Shown here piece after piece: positions 57,907-64,000 of a stretch of DNA of 64,000 nt (position 1 is the first letter of the stretch; each line of letters starts with the position of its first letter). A program made the position numbers and the translations under genes. The notes beneath the pieces are model-generated. The model saw only the letters and a program-made list of their open reading frames with translations, had not been told where the DNA came from and did not search any database. The stretch lies in contig JAFCFT010000003.1 of NCBI GenBank assembly GCA_017608505.1, positions 234 through 64,233 on the forward strand. Direction: 5' to 3'. The stretch comes from Candidatus Parvarchaeota archaeon. Its GTDB lineage: Archaea > Nanobdellota > Nanobdellia > WJKC01.

Positions 57907-59718
57907 ATGAAAGAAATAATCTCAACATGCATTTACTGCGGAGTTGGGTGCAAATTAAAGTATTTCGTGGATAAGAACAAGATAATCAAAGTTGAAGGAT
58001 TAGAAGAAGATGAGGTAAGTGAAGGAGCGCCTTGCATCAAAGGCCTAACAATACACGAAGTTTACAATAAAAATAGGATAACTGCGCCGTTAATAAATGG
58101 AAAAGAAGTAAGCCTAAAAAAAGCATTAAAGTATGTGTATGAAAAAACAAAGGATTTAAGCCCAAATGAAGTGTTCTTTAATACAAGCGGCAAGATTACT
58201 AATGAAGACAATTATGTAATACAAAAATTTGCAAAAAAATGCTATGAAACCTCAAATATTGACTCTTGCTGCGGGAGAATATGCCATGTGGCAACACTCA
58301 TGGCAATGAAGGACTGCCTTGGAATTGACAACATCACAAGGCTAAAATATTTAGATGAAATTGACTGCCTGCTAATAATTGGTTCAAACCCAAAAGCAAC
58401 ATACCCTGTGTTTTATAATAAGCTCATGTCAAGAAAAATAGACATCATTAAAGTTAATTCATTTTTAAGTGATGGCCTGACAATAAAGCCGGGCTCTGAA
58501 ACTGCACTACTAAATGGAATAATTAATGCGCTTATAAAAAAGGGCCTCAAAAGCAAAATAGAAGGCTTCGAATCACTAAAAAAAACTGTAAAAAAATATG
58601 ACGAGGACTTAGTCTGCACAGTATGCGGCATTAACAAAAAAGAACTAAATGAAATTATCAATAAAATCTGCAAAGCAAAAGTTCTTGGAGTATTTCATGG
58701 GATGGGACTGACGCAACAAGTAAACAGCATTGAAAATGTTCATACGCTTATTAACTTAGTGCTTCTTAAAAAAGGAAGAATACTGTCTCTTAGAGGGGAA
58801 ATTAATGTGCAAGGGGCAGGCGACATGAAGGTTCCTTCAAGAAAAGCAGGCTTTACAAAAGGCATGAACATAATTGAAGCGCTTGCAATCTCCCCAGTTA
58901 AGGCAGCGTTCATATTTGAATTTAATCCAGCAAAGTCGCTTCCTGAATTAAAAAATGTGAGAGACAAACTAAAAGAAATATTTATTATATATTTTGGCTC
59001 GTTCTGGAACGAAACAGCAAAACTGGCAGATGTTGTAATTCCAATCGCATCACTATTAGAATCAAAAGGCACAATTACTAATGGCGAAAAAAGAATAAGA
59101 AAAGTAAATAAAGTCTTAAAAGGCGAAGCGCAGGCATGGCGTGTGCTTAAAGAATTGTCAAAGCACTTTAAAAAACAAGAATTTTTCAATTATAATACAT
59201 CAAGAGAAATCACGCTTGAAATCAAAAGAAAGGTCCCTGGATACAAAAAAATAAATGTAAAAAAACTATGGGAAGGGAGTGATGAATGGCCAGACAAAGA
59301 AATAAAATGCCAAAAATTTGTTCCAGAAGACTTTGAAGGCTATGACGAACAAGTTGACGAGAAATATCCTTTTATTTTAACAACATTTAGATCAAAATTT
59401 TCATTCCTAGGAAATGAAGTTACAAAAAACAGCAAGACTTTGAAAAAAGCAATGGAGCCACCTGGCTTTTACTTAAACCCTGCTGATGCCAAAAAATTAA
59501 AAATAAAGCCAGGCGAATTAATTGAAGTCCAAAGCAGAATAGGAAAAATCAAAGCAAAAGCGTACATCTCAAACAAGATACCAAAAGGCATAATAGGAGC
59601 ATATATACATTTTTTCCCAATAAACAAAATTGTTCCACTAAGATTTGATGAAGAGAGCTTTACTCCAAATTATAAGAATATTGCAGTGAATGTTGAAAAG
59701 ACGTCTCAACCAACTTAA
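57907..59718 (+). CDS. Molybdopterin oxidoreductase, formate dehydrogenase alpha-like (compact)
   Basis: CIYCGVGC...CIKG [4Fe-4S], RICH, LRGEINVQG, C-terminal Molydop-binding domain LNPADA. Confidence 0.85.
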   Translation: MKEIISTCIYCGVGCKLKYFVDKNKIIKVEGLEEDEVSEGAPCIKGLTIHEVYNKNRITAPLINGKEVSLKKALKYVYEKTKDLSPNEVFFNTSGKITNEDNYVIQKFAKKCYETSNIDSCCGRICHVATLMAMKDCLGIDNITRLKYLDEIDCLLIIGSNPKATYPVFYNKLMSRKIDIIKVNSFLSDGLTIKPGSETALLNGIINALIKKGLKSKIEGFESLKKTVKKYDEDLVCTVCGINKKELNEIINKICKAKVLGVFHGMGLTQQVNSIENVHTLINLVLLKKGRILSLRGEINVQGAGDMKVPSRKAGFTKGMNIIEALAISPVKAAFIFEFNPAKSLPELKNVRDKLKEIFIIYFGSFWNETAKLADVVIPIASLLESKGTITNGEKRIRKVNKVLKGEAQAWRVLKELSKHFKKQEFFNYNTSREITLEIKRKVPGYKKINVKKLWEGSDEWPDKEIKCQKFVPEDFEGYDEQVDEKYPFILTTFRSKFSFLGNEVTKNSKTLKKAMEPPGFYLNPADAKKLKIKPGELIEVQSRIGKIKAKAYISNKIPKGIIGAYIHFFPINKIVPLRFDEESFTPNYKNIAVNVEKTSQPT

Positions 59719-59745
59719 GAATCCATATAATTCAATAAATCATCT

Positions 59746-60030
59746 TTAAGGCGTAGTAACGTTCCCGCCGCTTAATATAAGCTCCCAGTCAAGGGTGCTG
59801 AATAAAAAGCCAAATATGATGGCTATTATAATAAAGCCAACAATTCCTATAATAAGCGCAATTCTTTTGTTCTCAAGCCAGGATTTTGGCTCAGTTTCTG
59901 CAGTTTCTTCTTTAGGGATGACAGGTTCCTTTGGAGCCTCGCGAGCAGGGCCTGCGGCAACAGATTCGGCATAATCCTCTGGAGTAAAAACAACCTCCTC
60001 GCCTTCAGGAAAGGTAGGAACTTCAGCCAT
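59746..60030 (-). CDS. Small acidic membrane protein
   Basis: Glu/Pro-rich N-terminus, single TM helix. Confidence 0.6.
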   Translation of the reverse strand: MAEVPTFPEGEEVVFTPEDYAESVAAGPAREAPKEPVIPKEETAETEPKSWLENKRIALIIGIVGFIIIAIIFGFLFSTLDWELILSGGNVTTP

Positions 60031-60066
60031 TAAAAATTATTAAATAAGCGCGGATTAATAATACTT

Positions 60067-60441
60067 ATGGAATTTAGCAAAGAAGAGCGAGAAATAAAGA
60101 ATGAATTTGAAAAAAAATACGAAAAGAAGATGTATCAATTACTAATTACAAAATGGCTGTGCCATGAGCACAAAGAGCTTGGCAAGCACATGCACATAAT
60201 CATTAATTTGTTTAATAAAGAATTTACAACAAAAGACATGCCTTTAAAAAGCAGCAGGTCGCATGAGATAGTAAAGATGTGGCAAGAGATTGGGCTTGTA
60301 AAACGAGTTGACATTGGAACCAAGTTGCACAGATACAAGTTTGCTCCAACGCTTTTTGCAAAAGCAATAGAGGCTCGGCAAATTGCAGACTCCGAAAAGC
60401 AGTTGCTTCTAAAAATGCTTGATGAGTTAATTGAAGTGTAA
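60067..60441 (+). CDS. Hypothetical protein with winged-helix-like core
   Basis: EFTTKDM...SRSHEIVKMWQEIGLVKRVDIG...RYKF. Confidence 0.55.
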   Translation: MEFSKEEREIKNEFEKKYEKKMYQLLITKWLCHEHKELGKHMHIIINLFNKEFTTKDMPLKSSRSHEIVKMWQEIGLVKRVDIGTKLHRYKFAPTLFAKAIEARQIADSEKQLLLKMLDELIEV

Positions 60442-60841
60442 ATATAGACTATTTTGTCTATGTTTTATTTGCCACTTTATTGGTGCTCTAAAATCTGCAT
60501 TTTTGCATGCTTTTTACGAAAAAACGGAAATTTACGAAAAAACGGCTTGAAATTATAGTTTTTGCACGCTTTACACGCGTAAGCTGGCTTGCATCACACA
60601 AGTTAAAATTATTATACTTAAAGTATTATATTATTTCTTGGTTAATTTAGTTGGACAAAAGAGTATAACAATCCATTATACCAAAAGTATAACAATAAGT
60701 TTTTGATACAAAAATGTCTATAATTTTGTTCATAAAGAAGCTATATTTTTTGTGAACAAAATCGTCTTTTAGGGGCCACAATTTAACTAAACATTATTGT
60801 TTTTGCTAAAAATTTGTAGGCATTAAAGTTTTTAGCAAAGA

Positions 60842-61411
60842 TTAAAACTTTTTATCAAGTTCAAACAATATTTTTTTGCCATTTGCAGTTTTTTTCAGCA
60901 GACCAATGCTGTGCAGTTTGTTTAATCTGCTTGATGCAGTTGATCTGCTCAGGCCAACTTTCTTTGCAAAATGCTCTGTTGTTATTGGGCCTGCATCTTT
61001 TAGCACTTCAATAGCCTCCTTGTCTTTAGTGCTTAAGACTTTTAGTTTTGCAATCACATCATCTAGGGTTTCTGTTGGCATTCCAGCTTCCTTTAATTTG
61101 TGCTTTTCTTTAGTCAATAGATTAATTATTTCATCTAATTTACTTAATTTGTCAAGTTTGCTGTTAATGCTTTCCAAAATGCCTGCTAATTGCTCTAAAA
61201 TTGAAGTATTTATCAATCTTAATTGGGACAAAGGGTGTTTTTCAAGCTTTTTTATTGTCTGAACCCAGTCTTTAATGAGCACGTCACTTGTTCCAACAGT
61301 TCCAACAGGTTTTTTCTTAATTGGCTTTTTAACTTCAACAGTTGTTCCAACACTTTTCTTTTTCTTTTTTGCAACCTTCTTTTTCTTCCTGAATTTATCA
61401 AAAAAGCCCAT
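60842..61411 (-). CDS. Coiled-coil plus C-terminal winged-helix (ArsR-like) DNA-binding protein
   Basis: GPITTEHFAKKVGLSRSTASSRLNKLHSIGLLKK...GKKILF. Confidence 0.8.
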   Translation of the reverse strand: MGFFDKFRKKKKVAKKKKKSVGTTVEVKKPIKKKPVGTVGTSDVLIKDWVQTIKKLEKHPLSQLRLINTSILEQLAGILESINSKLDKLSKLDEIINLLTKEKHKLKEAGMPTETLDDVIAKLKVLSTKDKEAIEVLKDAGPITTEHFAKKVGLSRSTASSRLNKLHSIGLLKKTANGKKILFELDKKF

Positions 61412-61447
61412 TATTTAATAATAAACGCTGCAAACTATTAAATATTT

Positions 61448-61541
61448 TGTTCCAACACATCCAACACATGTTCCAACACATTCGACAGGTGTTCCAACAA
61501 TTTCGACACATGTTCCAACACTTTAGACATATGTTATAAAA
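61448..61541. repeat. Phased tandem array, TGTTCCAACA every 21 bp
   Basis: Exact copies at 61448, 61469, 61490, 61511; degenerate copy at 61532; related half-repeats in between. Confidence 0.9.
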
Positions 61542-61601
61542 CATATAGTTTGTAATAAATTTAATGCAAAATATATATCATAGAAAACAATACCGTGCAA
61601 A

Positions 61602-61883
61602 AATGTGAGTAAAAACACATACAAAGTTAAAAATTTTCTAAAAGTGAGAGTTTAGACTATGGTGCGCAAAAGCATCTTAAAAGACAAAAATTGAAACAAA
61701 AGCGAGGGTTTGCGAACAAGAAACGAAAAAGTGAGAATTAAGAACCCAAAAGCAAAAAAGAATGAAAAGTGAGGGTAAATGTTGCAAAAATAATGAAATA
61801 TGAAAATACAAACAAAAAGTGAGAATTCAAAGCCAAACAAGCAAGGAGAAAAAGAAAAAAGAAAAGTAAAAAGGAAAAGTGAG
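61602..61883. repeat. Dispersed AAAGTGAG repeats in A-rich non-coding DNA
   Basis: Exact at 61641, 61728, 61766, 61816, 61876; one-mismatch copies at 61602 and 61699. Confidence 0.8.
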
Positions 61884-61889
61884 AGTTTT

Positions 61890-62312
61890 TTAAGTACGTA
61901 AAAAGAAGCCATTGTGCCTCCTTGTAGTCACAATAGTATGATTATTGACTAAATAAGTAATGCTAATAAAGGCAAGATAATTAAAACCTGCAACGCCGCC
62001 AGAAGTTTTTGAACTATCATTAGAAGAAACAGTAACAATTCCTCTATAAGGCACTGCAAGGGAAAGTGAGGAATTTACTTTTACATCATTTACGCTTATA
62101 AAGAGATTGGTAAGAGTAATATTTGAAGAATGATCATTTTTAATTTTAAGCTCCCAAGACCCATCAGTCCGAAGCAAAAAAGAAGTTAAAATTTGTTCCG
62201 AAGGAACGTATACAGGTTTTATGTCCTTCAGAACTGCAGTTCCGATAAAAACGGAACCAAGCACCACTAGCGCTGCTAATGCAAATACTACAAAAACAAA
62301 TTTTGCTGACAT
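61890..62312 (-). CDS. Membrane-anchored / secreted protein
   Basis: N-terminal hydrophobic helix, beta-rich domain with NxS/T sequons. Confidence 0.6.
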   Translation of the reverse strand: MSAKFVFVVFALAALVVLGSVFIGTAVLKDIKPVYVPSEQILTSFLLRTDGSWELKIKNDHSSNITLTNLFISVNDVKVNSSLSLAVPYRGIVTVSSNDSSKTSGGVAGFNYLAFISITYLVNNHTIVTTRRHNGFFLRT

Positions 62313-62764
62313 CAGCCTATGTAACCCTGGCTCTGGTTTGGAGGCCTCACTTTAGGCAACTCTATTGGGCTTGGCAAAAGTACTTTGCGTGACATGTATA
62401 TTGCTTCTATTTTTGCAACGTCAAATGCGGACTGCAAAACTTGTATTAATACAGGCTCTTTAATTTTTTTCTTCTTTTTCCACTCCTGCATTATTGATTT
62501 CATTTCTTTTTCGTCATCTATGTAAAAAACATCCCCTATAATCTCCAAAGTTCCGAACTTTTTGTTTTTGGGTTTTTCTAAAAAATAATCACTCTTAAAC
62601 ACGAAAGTAAATACTAAACTGTTGCGCGGCCCCCCTATATTTATTTTTTGTTCCCTAATGTCTTTAACTAAAACATTATTGTTAATGTTTTTTAGACGCG
62701 TAGTTTCTTTAAAGTCGTCTCTGTTCACATCTATTCCTTTTAATTGGATATTAATTACAGGCAT
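62312..62764 (-). CDS. Archaeal hypothetical protein, probably conserved
   Basis: 150-aa ORF, SD GAGGTGA upstream, C-terminal LPSPIELPKV. Confidence 0.7.
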   Translation of the reverse strand: MPVINIQLKGIDVNRDDFKETTRLKNINNNVLVKDIREQKINIGGPRNSLVFTFVFKSDYFLEKPKNKKFGTLEIIGDVFYIDDEKEMKSIMQEWKKKKKIKEPVLIQVLQSAFDVAKIEAIYMSRKVLLPSPIELPKVRPPNQSQGYIG

Positions 62765-62816
62765 TTATTTCACCTCAAGTTTCTTTAATCTCACTAATAT
62801 TTAAATAATTATTGGA

Positions 62817-62889
62817 TAGGCCTGCCAGGATTCGAACCTGGGTCTTCGGGTCCAGAGCCCGACATGCTTGGCCGCTACACCACAGGCCT
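62817..62889 (-). tRNA. tRNA-Gln(CTG), intronless
   Basis: Reverse complement AGGCCTG...TCGGG-CT-CTG-GA-CCCGA...GGTTCGAATCC...CAGGCCT-A; A1-U72 pair typical of archaeal tRNA-Gln. Confidence 0.95.
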
Positions 62890-62972
62890 GTCAAATTTAA
62901 AATAGCGTTGCTCTTTTTTAAATCCTTTGGATAAATAATATTTAAATAGTACTTTAGTAAAAAAATACATAG

Positions 62973-63434
62973 ATGATAGAACTAATAATGCAAATCATTA
63001 TAACAACTAGCTTAATTTTTGGAATAATAATAGGAGAATCAATTGCCATCAGAACATTTGGAATCAGCAACAAATGGTATGCAAATTTAATTGATGTAAT
63101 GTTATTTGTAGTGTTATTAATTTGCCTCCTTAATTTCATTTATTTAAAAGAAATTAACTATTTTTTAATAATAGGATTAAATTTCTTTTTAGGGCTATGC
63201 ACAATACTGCTTACAAAGGGACTGACAACAGGATTTGGGTTTCTAAGTAAAAAAATAATTGAAAAGGTTAATGCGCCAGAAATTACTGATGATGTCTTAA
63301 TAGCAGGGCTTTTAAGGAATTTAAAGAACAAAGGACTTAAAAACGCTGAAATAATGAACATACTTGTAAATTCCGGATTTAATAAAAGAAAAGTAGAATA
63401 TTATATGAATAAAACAATTTATAAGGAACTGTGA
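62973..63434 (+). CDS. Membrane protein
   Basis: Three TM helices plus a short C-terminal helical domain. Confidence 0.65.
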   Translation: MIELIMQIIITTSLIFGIIIGESIAIRTFGISNKWYANLIDVMLFVVLLICLLNFIYLKEINYFLIIGLNFFLGLCTILLTKGLTTGFGFLSKKIIEKVNAPEITDDVLIAGLLRNLKNKGLKNAEIMNILVNSGFNKRKVEYYMNKTIYKEL

Positions 63435-63493
63435 GGAACTGAAGGGAACTGATAATCAGATTCCTTAGAACAGGAACAGTACAAAAGGAACTA
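63425..63493. repeat. GGAACTG array with 10-bp period
   Basis: GGAACTG at 63425, 63435, 63445; further AGGAAC at 63472 and 63486. Confidence 0.75.
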
Positions 63494-63976
63494 TTCCGCT
63501 TTTTCCTTTATTGCCTTTTTAATTTTAGCTAAATTTCCAGCATTAATAAACCAATATCTCGTGTTTCCTTTCTTAATGCTATTAATTAATCCGGATTTAG
63601 ACAGGTTCATTAGCTTTTTTCTTAAGCCTCTATCTGTTATTTTATATGTCAAGTTATCAAAGATTTCTTGGGTTGAAATTGAATTTTCTTTGTCAAAAGC
63701 AGCATATTGGTACAAAATTTGTATTAAAAGCATATCCTTATCAGGCAAGTCTAATTTTTGATTAGGAACTCTCGCGCCTTGTTCAATTACTTCTTCTGCT
63801 TCCTCCTCTTCGTATATTTCCCCTTCAAACCTATTTATTAGCTGATTTGCAAGTTCTATTAACTTCATGTTGCTTTCTTCCAATCTTTTAAGGCGTTCCT
63901 CGTATTGTTCCGTTATGTTGTTTAGGTGTTTGATCCATTCCCAAGATCTAACTAAAGAGTCTGTAAAAGCATCCAT
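63491..63976 (-). CDS. Coiled-coil plus C-terminal winged-helix protein
   Basis: ISTQEIFDNL...ITDRGLRKKLMNLSKSGLINSIKKGNTRYW. Confidence 0.75.
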   Translation of the reverse strand: MDAFTDSLVRSWEWIKHLNNITEQYEERLKRLEESNMKLIELANQLINRFEGEIYEEEEAEEVIEQGARVPNQKLDLPDKDMLLIQILYQYAAFDKENSISTQEIFDNLTYKITDRGLRKKLMNLSKSGLINSIKKGNTRYWFINAGNLAKIKKAIKEKAE

Positions 63977-64000
63977 TTTCTTTTCTATTTTTTTAATTCC

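Noticed and set aside
57907..59718. Selenocysteine-containing FDH
   Set aside because: The frame is open with Cys (TGC) at the ligand position and has no in-frame TGA.
61448..61883. Possible CRISPR array
   Set aside because: Repeats are only 8-10 bp, spacers are either self-similar 11-mers or irregular, and no cas genes are in the window.
61652..61912. 86-aa Phe-rich ORF
   Set aside because: It is the antisense reading of the A-rich repeat region, is low complexity, and its start lies inside the neighbouring gene.
502..63761. Numerous antisense ORFs in the track (e.g. 6352-6918, 9514-10059, 27713-28207, 30509-31030)
   Set aside because: They are shadows of well-supported genes on the opposite strand, with Ser/Phe/Leu-rich composition and no motifs.

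Overview
Gene-dense, AT-rich archaeal chromosome segment. The gene content (short Nop5, TBP, MCM, RPA, RFC, Topo VI, aIF-1A/aIF-2beta, tRNA-Ile(UAU), tRNAs with T-loop introns, little central metabolism) suggests a DPANN lineage; this is inference. The window holds information-processing genes, a ~14 kb type IV pilus locus whose ATPase carries two inteins, and a type II R-M module with a permuted MTase plus a 51-aa zinc-ribbon gene missed by the ORF track. It also holds two RelE-type TA modules, a metal/redox cluster, a UbiA/GT-C-like membrane cluster and five tRNA genes (three with introns). The most unusual signals are: (i) a tRNA-Leu with an A34 (AAG) anticodon and an 87-nt, ~69% GC, switch-like T-loop intron; (ii) two integrase-less mini-islands bounded by direct repeats of tRNA 3' ends; (iii) a locus at 60-64 kb where three winged-helix-like proteins alternate with several repeat arrays, two of them helically phased (candidate origin, segregation or autoregulatory system). 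All protein family calls come from motif recognition by eye; no database searches were run.
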